Of a stretch of 64,000 nucleotides of DNA, positions 8,183-19,464 are shown piece by piece; position 1 is the stretch's first letter, and each line of letters opens with the position of its first letter. A program made the translations under genes and the position numbers. The stretch covers positions 70,470 to 134,469 of the forward strand of contig BPJG01000001.1 in the NCBI GenBank assembly GCA_026004495.1, given 5' to 3'. A model generated the notes under the pieces. It did no database searches, was not told the origin of the DNA, and saw only the letters and a program-made list of their open reading frames with translations. Source of the stretch: Candidatus Parcubacteria bacterium (GTDB lineage: Bacteria; Patescibacteriota; Minisyncoccia; UBA6257; HR35).

Positions 8183-8231
8183 TAAATTATTTAAATATTA
8201 TAAAGAATTAATTATCGACCTAAAAATTTAT

Positions 8232-9650
8232 CTATTTAAATATTTTTGACCAATCAAAGTTCCACGGATCATCTTTTCTATCAGTAGCTATATCTTTATG
8301 ACCTAAAATGTATTTTATCTGATAGCGAGATTTAATATCATTAATTAATTCATTTAAAGCTTGATATTGTAATTCGTTAGGTGATTCATTTTTATGATAT
8401 ATTAACTCAATTCCTATTGAATATAAATTTACATTGGTTCTATTATCGGGCAATTTACTTTTACCAGCATGATAAGCAATTTTATCTTCAGATAATAATT
8501 TATATATGTTGCCCTGTCTATCAATTAAATAATGAGCTAAAACTTCATAATTTTTGTAAATATTAATAATTTTATTTACATTATAGTGATCTTTATCTAA
8601 TGAATTATAAGAAGAATGAATAATTATCGTGTCTATAAATCTTCGGTGATCATATTTAAATCCCCAATTTATATTTGCGGTTAAATTTTTTATTTTAATT
8701 TTACTATTTTCTTTAATTTCGCTCTTTACACTTTTTTCATTATTTTTATTAATAAATTTATTGATTTCTGAAATAAACTTAAGGGGATCAATAGAAATAT
8801 TATTAACTTTAATAGAAAAATGTAAATGGGGACCCAAAGAATAACCAGTATTACCTACCTCCCCAATTTTCTGACCTTTATTTACAATTTCATTTTCGTT
8901 AACAAAAAATTTATTTAAGTGCAGGTATAAAGAATAAATTCCTCCACCATGATCTATGATTATGGTTTTTCCATAATTAATTAAATCTTTTGCCAGGACA
9001 ACCTTACCATTATTAACTGCATAAATCAAATCTCCGATTTTACCATCTAAATCAACACCTAAATGTTGGACCTCATTTTTACCGCTTTTCCTTATATTCC
9101 CGTAATCTCCAACAATTATAATTTTATCTAATGGATAAATAAATTCTTCATTAAAATAAAGCTGAGTTGTAAATTTATTAACCTTATTTTCAATAATTTC
9201 ATTTTCATTTTTTAGATTATTAATTATATTAGGGATAGTGAATCCCTTTTTTTCTAATGAAGGAGTTGTTTTAAGCTGGGTTATGGGAAAAATTCTTTTT
9301 TTAATTCTAATTATCTTTTCAATTTTTTTACCATTATTAAATTCAATAGTTAATTTATATTTTCCTCCTTCTTCTTTGGGATCTATGCCTATAAAACTAA
9401 CGAATTCACCATTTTTTAAATTAACAAAGTTAATCTGATTATTTTTAAAATAAGAATTAGTTATCTTTAAACCATTATTAAGAACTAATTTAACCATCAT
9501 AACATCTCCAGAATAGAAATTTTCTTTATTAATTTCAAGAGAATAGTTTTGAGCAAAAGTTAAATTAAATAAAATAAATAAAAATAATATCACTAAGGTA
9601 ATTGTCCTTTTTAAAATAATTATTCCTTTAAACTTACTATAGCATTTCAT
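8232..9650 (-). CDS. Bifunctional peptidoglycan hydrolase: M23 metallopeptidase plus N-acetylmuramoyl-L-alanine amidase (Amidase_2)
   Basis: HLGVDLDG...IIDHGGGIYSLYLHL...GNTGYSLGPHLHF (M23 motifs). The C-terminus has IIIHSS...AYHAG...YSIGIELI...ILGHKDI (AmpD-like amidase_2). An N-terminal signal/anchor is present. Confidence 0.8.
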   Translation of the reverse strand: MKCYSKFKGIIILKRTITLVILFLFILFNLTFAQNYSLEINKENFYSGDVMMVKLVLNNGLKITNSYFKNNQINFVNLKNGEFVSFIGIDPKEEGGKYKLTIEFNNGKKIEKIIRIKKRIFPITQLKTTPSLEKKGFTIPNIINNLKNENEIIENKVNKFTTQLYFNEEFIYPLDKIIIVGDYGNIRKSGKNEVQHLGVDLDGKIGDLIYAVNNGKVVLAKDLINYGKTIIIDHGGGIYSLYLHLNKFFVNENEIVNKGQKIGEVGNTGYSLGPHLHFSIKVNNISIDPLKFISEINKFINKNNEKSVKSEIKENSKIKIKNLTANINWGFKYDHRRFIDTIIIHSSYNSLDKDHYNVNKIINIYKNYEVLAHYLIDRQGNIYKLLSEDKIAYHAGKSKLPDNRTNVNLYSIGIELIYHKNESPNELQYQALNELINDIKSRYQIKYILGHKDIATDRKDDPWNFDWSKIFK

Positions 9651-9694
9651 TTTAATTAATTTTAAATTAAATTAAATGAATTTAAAAACTTAAT

Positions 9695-10339
9695 TTAACG
9701 ACAAATTTTTTTAAAATATTCTTTTAATTCTTGTGGTATATTCTGGCATAATTTATAGCAATAAACCTTACCCTTAAATTCACTTAATTTTTTATCATAT
9801 TCAAATAAATCCAAAAACTTATTGTAGCGATAATAATTTACCCTACAAAAATCTTTACTGCTATTATAAGCAAAATAACTTGCTTGATAAATAGCCCCTT
9901 CTTCTGGTAATAACTTAATAAAAAATCCATATTTTCCACCTCCTCCTGTTCCCTGTGATAAAACTAATTTCTTAATTTCACCATTTTCAGTTTTAAAATT
10001 TAAAATTTCTACATTATTATAGATTTTTAAAATATTATTAAAAAAAGATTTTTTGGTTATAAGAATATAATTATCAATAGCAACCCCTCCAAATCCTAAG
10101 CTTACTAAAGCTTCTTTAATACCATCTCGGGTTAAATCAATTTCACTTTCTATTTTTAAATTATCTAAACCTTCTTCTGTTATTTTATTGACAATAATTA
10201 ATTTCCTAATTTTCGGGATTAATTTTTCATAAGGCAATTCAATTCTTATTATAATTATTAAATAAATAATAATAAAGATAATTAATAGAAAAAGTAATCT
10301 AAAAATATATTTAAATTTAATTTTATTAAATAGATTCAT
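9695..10339 (-). CDS. Hypothetical membrane-anchored protein
   Basis: 214-aa ORF with one N-terminal TM helix. No domain recognised. Confidence 0.5.
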   Translation of the reverse strand: MNLFNKIKFKYIFRLLFLLIIFIIIYLIIIIRIELPYEKLIPKIRKLIIVNKITEEGLDNLKIESEIDLTRDGIKEALVSLGFGGVAIDNYILITKKSFFNNILKIYNNVEILNFKTENGEIKKLVLSQGTGGGGKYGFFIKLLPEEGAIYQASYFAYNSSKDFCRVNYYRYNKFLDLFEYDKKLSEFKGKVYCYKLCQNIPQELKEYFKKICR

Positions 10340-10985
10340 AATATTATTATAATCTTCAACTTATAGTTTAAAATCAGAAATTAATTAACCAAAACTTAAT
10401 TTAAAATTATAATTACTAAAAATATGAATAGAAAAATTAAGATATATAAAAATAAAAAACAAGCTAAAGGAAGAATATTATTTTTTCAAATTAAAAAATA
10501 TGAAAATACTTATAATCTCTTAAAATTAATGAAAAAAATACATTTTAGTTAGACTAAAAAATATTAAATAAAATACCTTAAGGATTTATAATTTGCAAAA
10601 AAATGAATAACCGGGAGTAAATGATATTTATTATTTAGAAAATAATTTATTTAGGGTTATTGATAAAATAGATAAAAAAACATAAAAAATATAATTTACA
10701 TTATTCAGTTATACTCCCCATACTTTTAATCATCAACATTTTAGCTTTAAAAATTTTAAAATAATATTTATAATAAGTTATTTATAACTAACAAAAACCT
10801 AAAAGAATTAAATATAGAGACATTGTTTTTATTATGATGCTAGAATTTATAAAAAATAATCATTATATAGTAATAATATATAGTTTTAATTTATATAAAT
10901 ATTGGATATGTAAATATTAGAAAAATTAAAATAACAAATAACCTTATTTAAATAAATCTTAGATTTAATTTAAAATTTATTTAAA

Positions 10986-12674
10986 ATGATAGAATTGCCA
11001 TTTATATTCAAATTATCAATATTATTTTTAATCTCCTTTATTTTAGGTTTTTTATTTAATTTAATAAAACAACCTTTAATAATCGCCTATATTATATCTG
11101 GAATTATAGCCGGAAATTATTTAATTGATTCTTTAGAAACTAAAAATATTTTAAGCATATTTTCAGAAATCGGTGTAGCTTTAATGCTTTTTATTGTTGG
11201 CTTAGAGTTAAAACTAAAAGTTATTAAGGATATTGGAAAAAATGTTGCAATCATAGCTATCTTGCAAGAACTATCAGTAATTATTTTGGGTTTTGTGATA
11301 TCCTTAATTTTAGGTTTTAACCATATAGAATCTCTTTATATAGGAATTGCCCTTTCTTTTAGTAGTACAATTATTATTATTAAATTACTTTCTGATAAGG
11401 GCGATTTAGAAAAATTTTATGGTAAATTAGCTATTGGTTTTTTAATTATCCAAGATATAATATCAATAATTTTAATATTATTAATTCCATTTTTTTCCCT
11501 TAATAAAAATTTTATAAACCTAGAAAACAATTTATTAATTATTAGTTTTGTAATATTATTAATATTTTTTACGGTTCGTTATTTAATTCCTAAATTAGAA
11601 AATTTAATTACCAAAACAAATGAATTGCTATTTATTTTCTCATTCTCCTTTGTTTTATTATTATCTTCATTATTTAAATTAGTGGGAATAGGATTAGAAA
11701 TTGGAGCTTTGATAGCTGGACTAATATTAGCTAATTATCAATTTAGTTCAGAAATTAATTTTAAGTTGAGGCCAATAAAAAATTTTTTCTTAATAATATT
11801 TTTTATATATTTAGGTTTAAATATTAAATTTCCTCAAATAGAAAATGAATTGTTTAAAATCTTAACATTTTCCTTTTTTATTTTGATAATTCAACCAATA
11901 ATCAGTTTTTTCTTATTAAAATTACTTAAAATAGGTAATAGGCAAGCTTTTAAATTTAGTTTGATTTCGGCACAAATAAGTGAATTCTCTTTTATTATTA
12001 TCGGTCTTGGAAATAAATTAGGTCAAATAGAAAATAATTTATTCTCAACAATTTCTTTTATCGGAATTATAACTATATTTCTTTCAATTTATATGTTTTA
12101 TTATTCAGACAAAATATACAATTTAATTTTTAAAAAAATATTAAAAATAAAAGATAGGGTTAATATTGATGAAGAAATAAAAAATAAAAATTTTAATATA
12201 CTTCTTATTGGTTGTGATAGAACAGGTTATAGTTTCTTACTAAGTATTAAGGAAAATAAAGAAAAGATTTTAATAATAGAAAATAATTATCAAAAAGTTT
12301 TAGAATTAAAAAAAATAAATTATAATGTTATCTATGGTGATATAGATGAATTTGAATTGTTAGATGAAATAAATCTTAAGCAGTTTAAAATAATAATTTC
12401 TACAATACCTGATTTTGAAACAAATTTAATACTATTAAGAAGATATAAAAAAGACAATCCCAAAGGAATATTTATTTGTAATTCTAATAAATTTAAAGAT
12501 AATTTAGAATTATACAAAAATGGAGCAAGTTTTGTTAACTTACCCCATTCTTTGGGAGGAGAAAAAATAGCTGATTTAGTTAATAATTTTGGTTTTGAAA
12601 TAGATGAATATGAAGCTATTAAAAAAGAAAATTTTGAAAAGATATATAAAATAATTAATTATTTAAAAATTTAA
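10986..12674 (+). CDS. Cation:proton antiporter (CPA2/Kef-type) with C-terminal RCK/TrkA-N domain
   Basis: About 11 TM helices. The N-terminus has QPLIIAYIISGIIAG, typical of Na_H_Exchanger proteins. The C-terminus has NILLIGCDRTGYSF (Rossmann RCK). Confidence 0.8.
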   Translation: MIELPFIFKLSILFLISFILGFLFNLIKQPLIIAYIISGIIAGNYLIDSLETKNILSIFSEIGVALMLFIVGLELKLKVIKDIGKNVAIIAILQELSVIILGFVISLILGFNHIESLYIGIALSFSSTIIIIKLLSDKGDLEKFYGKLAIGFLIIQDIISIILILLIPFFSLNKNFINLENNLLIISFVILLIFFTVRYLIPKLENLITKTNELLFIFSFSFVLLLSSLFKLVGIGLEIGALIAGLILANYQFSSEINFKLRPIKNFFLIIFFIYLGLNIKFPQIENELFKILTFSFFILIIQPIISFFLLKLLKIGNRQAFKFSLISAQISEFSFIIIGLGNKLGQIENNLFSTISFIGIITIFLSIYMFYYSDKIYNLIFKKILKIKDRVNIDEEIKNKNFNILLIGCDRTGYSFLLSIKENKEKILIIENNYQKVLELKKINYNVIYGDIDEFELLDEINLKQFKIIISTIPDFETNLILLRRYKKDNPKGIFICNSNKFKDNLELYKNGASFVNLPHSLGGEKIADLVNNFGFEIDEYEAIKKENFEKIYKIINYLKI

Positions 12675-12684
12675 TAAATAAAAA

Positions 12685-14100
12685 ATGAATGAAGGTTTAA
12701 CCTTTGACGATGTTCTTTTAATTCCTAAAGTGTCAAAAATTAATTCAAGAAAAGATATTGATTTATCAATAAAACTTCACTCTAAAATAAATTTAAATCT
12801 ACCTATTATATCCTCACCAATGGATACTGTTACTGAATCTGAAATGTCTATTTCGATGGCAAGAAATGGAGGCCTGGGTATAATTCATAGATTTTGTTCT
12901 ATTGAAGAACAAGTAAAACAAGTAAAAAGAGTAAAAAGAGCAGAGAATTATTTAATTGAAAATCCTATTTGCATTTCTCCTCAAGCTACCCTAAAAGAGA
13001 TAAAAAATAAATCGATAGAATATGATTTTGAAACTTTTTTAGTTGTCGATGAAAATAAAAAACTTTTAGGATTAATTTCTAAACGAGATTATTTCTTAGA
13101 AGAAAATGAAAACAAAAAAGCATTTCAATTAATGACTCCTTTTGAAAAATTAATTGTTAGTTATAAGAAAATATCCTTAGCTGAAGCTAAAAATATTTTT
13201 AGAAAGTATAAGATTGAAAAAATACCAATAATTGATAAAAATAGAAAAATTGTTGGATTAATTACTTTTAGAGACTTTAAAAATTCTTTAAATAAAAAAG
13301 CAAGTCGCGATAAAAATGGTAAATTATTAGTTGGAGCAGCAATTGGAATAAGAGGAGATTATTTAGAACGAGCTAAAGAATTAGTAAGGGCAGGAGTTGA
13401 TATTTTATGTATTGATGTAGCTCATGGACATTTAGAAAAATCAATTAAAACCATAAAAGAAATTAAAAAATATTTTCCCGATATTCCATTAATTGCCGGA
13501 AATATAGCAACAACTGAGGGAGCTAAAGATTTGATAAAAGCAGGAGCAGATATCATTAAAGTTGGCATAGGTCCAGGAAGTGCTTGTACTACAAGAATTA
13601 TAGCAGGAGTTGGAGTCCCTCAATTATCAGCTATTATTAAAGCTAAAAGTGGATCTAAAAATATACCAATTATTGCTGATGGAGGTTGTCGCAATTCTGG
13701 TGATATAGTTAAAGCTTTAGCTGCAGGAGCAAGTGCAGTTATGTTAGGTTCATTATTGGCAGGAACAGATGAATCTCCAGGAGAAATTTTTTATCTTAAA
13801 AATAAAAGAGTTAAGGCTTTTAGAGGAATGTCTTCAGCTGAAGCTTATAAAAACAAATTAAAATCTACTAATGATAACCCAGAATATGAACCAATATCAG
13901 AAGGAATAAATTATGGTTTTATTGAATACAAAGGTTCAGTTAAAGAAGTTTTAACTAATTTAGAAAAGGGAATTAGATCTGGTTTTTCATATTGTGGAGC
14001 AATAAATATTAAAGAATTATGGCAAAGAGCTGAATTTATTAAAATTTCTGATAAAGGATACAAGGAAAGCTTACCTCATACTATTAATTTTCTTGATTAA
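12685..14100 (+). CDS. guaB: IMP dehydrogenase
   Basis: [21 protein letters not shown], a CBS pair, [15 protein letters not shown]...GD..KA.A.GA..VM.G. Confidence 0.92.
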   Translation: MNEGLTFDDVLLIPKVSKINSRKDIDLSIKLHSKINLNLPIISSPMDTVTESEMSISMARNGGLGIIHRFCSIEEQVKQVKRVKRAENYLIENPICISPQATLKEIKNKSIEYDFETFLVVDENKKLLGLISKRDYFLEENENKKAFQLMTPFEKLIVSYKKISLAEAKNIFRKYKIEKIPIIDKNRKIVGLITFRDFKNSLNKKASRDKNGKLLVGAAIGIRGDYLERAKELVRAGVDILCIDVAHGHLEKSIKTIKEIKKYFPDIPLIAGNIATTEGAKDLIKAGADIIKVGIGPGSACTTRIIAGVGVPQLSAIIKAKSGSKNIPIIADGGCRNSGDIVKALAAGASAVMLGSLLAGTDESPGEIFYLKNKRVKAFRGMSSAEAYKNKLKSTNDNPEYEPISEGINYGFIEYKGSVKEVLTNLEKGIRSGFSYCGAINIKELWQRAEFIKISDKGYKESLPHTINFLD

Positions 14101-14671
14101 AATAGCTTAATAAATCTAATTTGTTTTTAAAAATTTTAATAATAGGCTTTTGGTAACTAACTAATTTATCTTTAGCTTCATTTAAATTAAAATATTGAAC
14201 TTTATCAATTTCTGGTATAGTAATTTTTTTATTAGATTTTGGTGGCCAATTAATAATTATAAATTTTCCCCTCTTGTTTAATGTACTACCAAAATCCTTT
14301 TCTAAGATAAAAATATATAAGATTTTATTTCTGCCCCTTACTTCATCTAAATATAAAATTTTATCTTTATCTTCCTGCGATAATTTAAAACTTGTTTCTT
14401 CTTCAAATTCTCTAATGGCAGTATTTTTTAAATCTTCATCATCTTTTACCTCACCCTTGGGAATACTCCAGCTATTCAAATCTCTATTATGCCAAAATGG
14501 ACCGCCGGGATGAACTAAAAGAATTTCTATATTATTAAATTGATATGAATTAGAATTATTTTTAGCTGATATTGAATTTAATAAATTTAACGACTTACCT
14601 TTTTCTTTTTTTACTGTTTCAATATAAATATTATTTTTTCTATAGACTAAAATACCAGCAGATTTTTTCAT
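14084..14671 (-). CDS. NUDIX hydrolase
   Basis: GGPFWHNRDLNSWSIPKGEVKDDEDLKNTAIREFEEETSF contains the Nudix box GX5EX7REUXEEXGU. Confidence 0.8.
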   Translation of the reverse strand: MKKSAGILVYRKNNIYIETVKKEKGKSLNLLNSISAKNNSNSYQFNNIEILLVHPGGPFWHNRDLNSWSIPKGEVKDDEDLKNTAIREFEEETSFKLSQEDKDKILYLDEVRGRNKILYIFILEKDFGSTLNKRGKFIIINWPPKSNKKITIPEIDKVQYFNLNEAKDKLVSYQKPIIKIFKNKLDLLSYFNQEN

Positions 14672-14717
14672 AATTTTTTATATTTTTTTTATCTAAAATA
14701 GATAAAAAAACTAATTA

Positions 14718-15113
14718 TTAAGAATAGCTTATTTCTTTTATTTTCTTAATAATTTCTTCTAGACCTGACGATTTATAAATAATTCCTTTTAATCCTAAAG
14801 ATCTAACAAATTCATCATTTATTTCTTGACCATCATCTGTATATTTAAGGTTGGTAATAATAATAATATTAGGACATTTTGATCCCAGGTCTTTTTTAAG
14901 ATGAACCAAAAATTCTAATCCACTTATTTCCGGCATTGATATATCTAATAAAACTAAATCGGGTTTAATTTCAATTATTTTAAGTAAAGCTTCTTTGGGG
15001 TCATAAAAACATTCTATTTCGAAACCTTCTTTTTTTAGAGCAAAAGAAATTAAATCACAAAATGATTTTTCGTCATCAACTAATAATATTCTATAGGGCC
15101 TTTGTTCGGCCAT
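14718..15113 (-). CDS. Stand-alone response regulator receiver domain (CheY-like)
   Basis: ILLVDDEKSF...KPDLVLLDISMPEISG...IIIITN...K receiver motifs. 131 aa with no output domain. Confidence 0.85.
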   Translation of the reverse strand: MAEQRPYRILLVDDEKSFCDLISFALKKEGFEIECFYDPKEALLKIIEIKPDLVLLDISMPEISGLEFLVHLKKDLGSKCPNIIIITNLKYTDDGQEINDEFVRSLGLKGIIYKSSGLEEIIKKIKEISYS

Positions 15114-15271
15114 AAAAAAATTATAATTTATAATAGAAAAACAATTTAAACCTTTGTGGATAAATAATTAAATTTTAAATATTATTTTTTTTTAAAAAAA
15201 TTTAGTAGTAAAATATTATATTATTTGAAAAATAAGATTAAAGATTAAAAATTAAAAAATTATGGTTATTT

Positions 15272-17161
15272 ATGTATAAAGAAAAAAATAAAAAAGAAAA
15301 AAGGAAAAGTGAATCAAGAAAAAAGGAAAATTTCTCTCAATTATTAAATCAAGAAATTTTGTCATTTAAAAATTTTAATGAATTCAATCCAACGCAAAAT
15401 ATTTTTGAAGTTAATTTAATGGAAAAATATATAATTAGGGAAATAAAAGGAGAAGATACTTTATTGCTAAGAAAAATTACTGATACAGAAGATTTAATCG
15501 ATGATAAAGAAACTGAAATAATCGAAGTTTTAAGTTTAAATTTTCCTGAAAGCGAAGAATACAAATTTCCAATAGAATACTGGATAAATTTATGGATAAA
15601 ATATGGCGGATGGATAGATCTTAATAATCTACCTCAAAAAAATGAGCTTTCAATAAAAGAAGCCAGAGAATTTTTTAGTAAAATTCCTTCAAAAACTGAA
15701 GTAATTTTTGATTATTATTTTTCTACTGAAGAAACATTATATAACTTTTGTAAATATAAATCCCAGCATTATTTATCAAGATATATTAGTTTCTTAAATA
15801 TCCATTTAGAAAACTTTAATTATGATATTGTAGGGATTAATTTAGATTATGAAAGATTTTTAGCCCTAAAAAGATATAAATTATTTGGCCGACCGATTCC
15901 TCTTGAAATTCTAAGCTTAGAAGAAATGAATTATTTATTAAGAAATGAAAGATTAAAAGAAGAATACCTTAGTAAAACAACAAAAAGAACATTTAATTGT
16001 GATTTAAATATACAAAATCCAACTTCAAATCAATACGCCGGAACTACAAGAATTATATATACAAAATTAAAAAATCCAGAATATTATCCTTATCACATTT
16101 TTTTAGGAAATCCTTCTGAAGAAGAAATAATAGAATATATTAAAGTATTATTAATTAAGAACTTAGTTTCATCATTTACCCAAAATCAATTTGATGAAAA
16201 TACAATAATTCAAAATTTAATTTTCAATTGTCAATTATATAAAATTTTAAAATCTGAAGATAAAATAATTCTTTTACCAACTGTTGCTACAATTCCTACA
16301 GCTTTTTTATTTAAATGGCTATTAAGGTATACAAAAAAAGAACTTATTAAAAGAGGTAGAGAAGATTTAGCAGAAAAAATTGTTATTCCTAAATTTTTAT
16401 TCATCAATAGTGAAAGTATATACTTAAGAGAAAATCTTAGTAATGAAGGAATTATGAATCAAATATTTCAAAATTTAAAAGAAGGATTAACAACTAAAAC
16501 ATTAGATGAAAAATTACAAGAACTAAAAAAAGAAATTGAAGAGAAGGGAAAAAATGAAGAAGAAAAGAAAAAATTAAATTTTTTAAAATATATTATCGAA
16601 TTTTCTTTGAATCTAAAAAAAAGATTGTATATAGTTAATAAAGAGTTATTTGATGATCTAAATATTGATAACCTAAGACAAAAATTATCAGAATTAAAAA
16701 TTTCTTTTTTAGATGATGCCACAGGAATGAAAGCTACATATTTTTTGTCCTATACATCTGCTTATTTGGCTATCTTAGATATATTAAAAGATAAACTTAA
16801 GAATGATTGGGATAAAATAAGAGATGAAATTTATGATATTTTGGAAAGGGAAATAATGCCCATTCAATTTACAGCTAATTTAGAATCATTAGATTATCAA
16901 ACTATTTATAATCAAAGTGCTAATAGATTTATTATTACAGAAAGATTGTTTATTGAATTACTTCCAATATTTAAAAGAAAAAAAGAAAAAAAGTCAGAAA
17001 ATCCAGAAATTATTTTAGAAAAACCAGATATAAAAACAGAAAAAATTTTGCACGACTTTAATACAAAAAAAATAGAAATATTAAAAGAAATATCTAAATA
17101 TTTATCTCCATTTTTAGCTGACTATATAATCACTTACCCAAATTTAGTTATCCCGAATTAA
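15272..17161 (+). CDS. Hypothetical protein (629 aa)
   Basis: Long ORF with coding-like composition. No motif recognised. Confidence 0.6.
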   Translation: MYKEKNKKEKRKSESRKKENFSQLLNQEILSFKNFNEFNPTQNIFEVNLMEKYIIREIKGEDTLLLRKITDTEDLIDDKETEIIEVLSLNFPESEEYKFPIEYWINLWIKYGGWIDLNNLPQKNELSIKEAREFFSKIPSKTEVIFDYYFSTEETLYNFCKYKSQHYLSRYISFLNIHLENFNYDIVGINLDYERFLALKRYKLFGRPIPLEILSLEEMNYLLRNERLKEEYLSKTTKRTFNCDLNIQNPTSNQYAGTTRIIYTKLKNPEYYPYHIFLGNPSEEEIIEYIKVLLIKNLVSSFTQNQFDENTIIQNLIFNCQLYKILKSEDKIILLPTVATIPTAFLFKWLLRYTKKELIKRGREDLAEKIVIPKFLFINSESIYLRENLSNEGIMNQIFQNLKEGLTTKTLDEKLQELKKEIEEKGKNEEEKKKLNFLKYIIEFSLNLKKRLYIVNKELFDDLNIDNLRQKLSELKISFLDDATGMKATYFLSYTSAYLAILDILKDKLKNDWDKIRDEIYDILEREIMPIQFTANLESLDYQTIYNQSANRFIITERLFIELLPIFKRKKEKKSENPEIILEKPDIKTEKILHDFNTKKIEILKEISKYLSPFLADYIITYPNLVIPN

Positions 17162-18715
17162 CAAGCTAACAAAAAATTTACTTCCCCTACCTTCGCCTTC
17201 TGATTCGGCCCAAATTCTGCCTTGATGAGCTTCAACTAAATTTTTAACAATATAAAGACCTAAGCCAGTACCTCTAATTTCTTTTTTAATTGAAGGATCA
17301 CGAACAAATTCACCAAAAAGCTTACTTTGTAATTCTTTTGACATTCCAATTCCAGAATCACTAACACAAATTATTAATTCATTATTTTGTTTATAAACAC
17401 TTACCTTAACCCATCCTTGAGGAGTATATTTAATAGCATTATCAATTAAATTTTGTATGACTTGAGAAAATCTTAATTTATCAACTTTCAAAATTATTTG
17501 CTCAAGATTAGTTTCAAGACTTAGCTCTAAATTCTTTTCTTTGGCTAAAATAGTAAAATTATTTAAGATTTCTTTAATCAAACTAATAATTTCAACTTCC
17601 TCAAAATTAAGGTCCATTTTACCTTCTTCAATTCGTCGATAATCCATAAATTGTTCAATTAAAACCAAAAGCTTATCAACTGAATCTTTAATTTTTTTGG
17701 CAAAATCTTTTGCTTGTTCCGGCACATTTTCAATTCCATCAGCAATTAATTCAGCATAGCCTTTAACAACAGCCATCGGTGCTTTTACCTGATGCGACGC
17801 AAACGAAAGAAACTCCGATTTAATTCTATTTAATTTTTCCAATTTTTCTCTTAATTCAACTTCTTTTCTTACAGATTGTATAGTTATTAAAGAAACAATT
17901 AATATGAAAATAAATATTATTATTCTAATTAAAATTTCGATAAAATTAATGCTTATTAATATTTGGAATGCTGTTAAAATTAATAATATACTAATTAAAA
18001 TATCAATTAAAATAAATTTAATATTTAAGAATTGATAACGAACTATTGCTAAAAAAGTAAGTAAAATTAGGGGTATAGAATATAAAATACCAAATTGAAT
18101 ATATTTAGCGTTGCCAAATACATTAGGAAATATAAAATTAAAAATTATATGTAAGGTGAAAGTAACCAAAGCTCCGATAAATATTAAGATGGCGGAATAT
18201 TTTAGATTTGTCTCTTTAACAGAATAAATTTTTTTAATAAAACCAACAAAAAAGCTAATTAACAAACCTATTGTGGTTATACCAAATAATACTATACCAA
18301 TATTAGTTTTTACGCTTCCTATAGTGCCGTCAGGTTTAAATGAAATAATTTTTTCGAAAACTAACGGCGTTAATGTGAGTATCGAAACAAAAATAGTAAG
18401 TGGTAATAAAACATATTTAAAAGTTTTAGAATAATTAAAAGAAATATTAGGAAAAGCATAATACAAATTAAATATTGAGAAAGCGTACCAAATAGCAAAA
18501 AACATGTGTATCCTTAAAAAAATAAGTGCAAGGTTATTTAAATGCGGTTGATTGTATAAAAAATTGAAAATACCCCATAAAATAGTGCTTAGACTTAAGA
18601 GTAAATATGCAAAATTAGTAGCACCTTTTCTATTTTGGTTATAAATTATAAAACCTAATACTCCCATAGCACTAGCTACCCAACCTAAGATTATAAATAT
18701 GAAATTTTGGCTCAT
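17144..18715 (-). CDS. Sensor histidine kinase with polytopic N-terminal membrane domain
   Basis: SEFLSFASHQVKAPM (H-box), NLIDNAIKYT (N-box), DSGIGM, GTGLGLYIVK (G-boxes). About 9 N-terminal TM helices. The start overlaps the stop of the upstream methyltransferase gene (ATGA). Confidence 0.9.
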   Translation of the reverse strand: MSQNFIFIILGWVASAMGVLGFIIYNQNRKGATNFAYLLLSLSTILWGIFNFLYNQPHLNNLALIFLRIHMFFAIWYAFSIFNLYYAFPNISFNYSKTFKYVLLPLTIFVSILTLTPLVFEKIISFKPDGTIGSVKTNIGIVLFGITTIGLLISFFVGFIKKIYSVKETNLKYSAILIFIGALVTFTLHIIFNFIFPNVFGNAKYIQFGILYSIPLILLTFLAIVRYQFLNIKFILIDILISILLILTAFQILISINFIEILIRIIIFIFILIVSLITIQSVRKEVELREKLEKLNRIKSEFLSFASHQVKAPMAVVKGYAELIADGIENVPEQAKDFAKKIKDSVDKLLVLIEQFMDYRRIEEGKMDLNFEEVEIISLIKEILNNFTILAKEKNLELSLETNLEQIILKVDKLRFSQVIQNLIDNAIKYTPQGWVKVSVYKQNNELIICVSDSGIGMSKELQSKLFGEFVRDPSIKKEIRGTGLGLYIVKNLVEAHQGRIWAESEGEGRGSKFFVSLLIRDN

Positions 18716-19464
18716 TTCTTTATGATTATTAAAATATACCTTGATCTGAAAGTATTTTTTAGATCTTTAAAGTCAATACCTAAATTTTTATATTTTTCTT
18801 TAATTTTTCTAGTAAGTCTTCTAATAAAGAGATAATATTTCTTGATCCCGATTTTTTTTAAAATTTTTTTTATTTCTGATGGTAAATAAGCTGCTCGAGC
18901 TGAATAATAAATTAATTTTTTACTTAGATTATCAGGCGGTATAACCATTTTTAAAAGATAATAAGGTACATCTCTTCTTAAATCTTGAATATAAATTAAA
19001 CTATTTTGTTTTGTCACCCTTAGCATTTCTTTTATTGCTTTAGAAGTATTTTTAAATTGATGCAAACTATCTTTACACACAACAATGTCAAAATAATTAT
19101 TAGGAAAATTTAATTTATGAATATCATCTGAGATAAATTTTGTATTTTTGCAACCCTTACAGTTTTTCTTTGCCAATTGAAGTGCAAATTTAGTGTTGTC
19201 TATTCCGATAATTAAAGCATTTGGAAACCTTAAAGCAAGCTCTTTGCATAAAAACCCAGGACCACAACCTACATCAAGAATTTTAATTTTTTTATTGGTA
19301 TCTATTTTTGTTTTGGCAAATTCAATTAAATTATCAACAAGCGGAATTATCCACTTTTTATAATTTATTGTTGACATTTTCTCAAATTCTTTATGCTCAT
19401 TAATACCCATTTCTTTAGGTTCGGGAATCCTCTTTTTAAAAAATAGTTTTACTTTATTACCCAT
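18712..19464 (-). CDS. Class I SAM-dependent methyltransferase
   Basis: ILDVGCGPGFL (motif I) and FDIVVCKDSLHQF. Confidence 0.8.
   Translation of the reverse strand: MGNKVKLFFKKRIPEPKEMGINEHKEFEKMSTINYKKWIIPLVDNLIEFAKTKIDTNKKIKILDVGCGPGFLCKELALRFPNALIIGIDNTKFALQLAKKNCKGCKNTKFISDDIHKLNFPNNYFDIVVCKDSLHQFKNTSKAIKEMLRVTKQNSLIYIQDLRRDVPYYLLKMVIPPDNLSKKLIYYSARAAYLPSEIKKILKKIGIKKYYLFIRRLTRKIKEKYKNLGIDFKDLKNTFRSRYILIIIKK

Noticed and set aside
10424-10552. 42-codon ORF (MNRKIKIYKNKKQAKGRILFFQIKKYENTYNLLKLMKKIHFS) in the ORF-free gap upstream of the antiporter gene
   Set aside because: It has no RBS and no recognisable motif. Its composition is indistinguishable from the surrounding non-coding AT-rich DNA.
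14684-14710. AT-only inverted repeat (ttttttatcta-aaa-tagataaaaaa) between the response regulator and NUDIX genes, considered as a terminator
   Set aside because: The stem contains only a single G-C pair, and it is of a kind expected by chance in this composition. There is no clear U-tract asymmetry.
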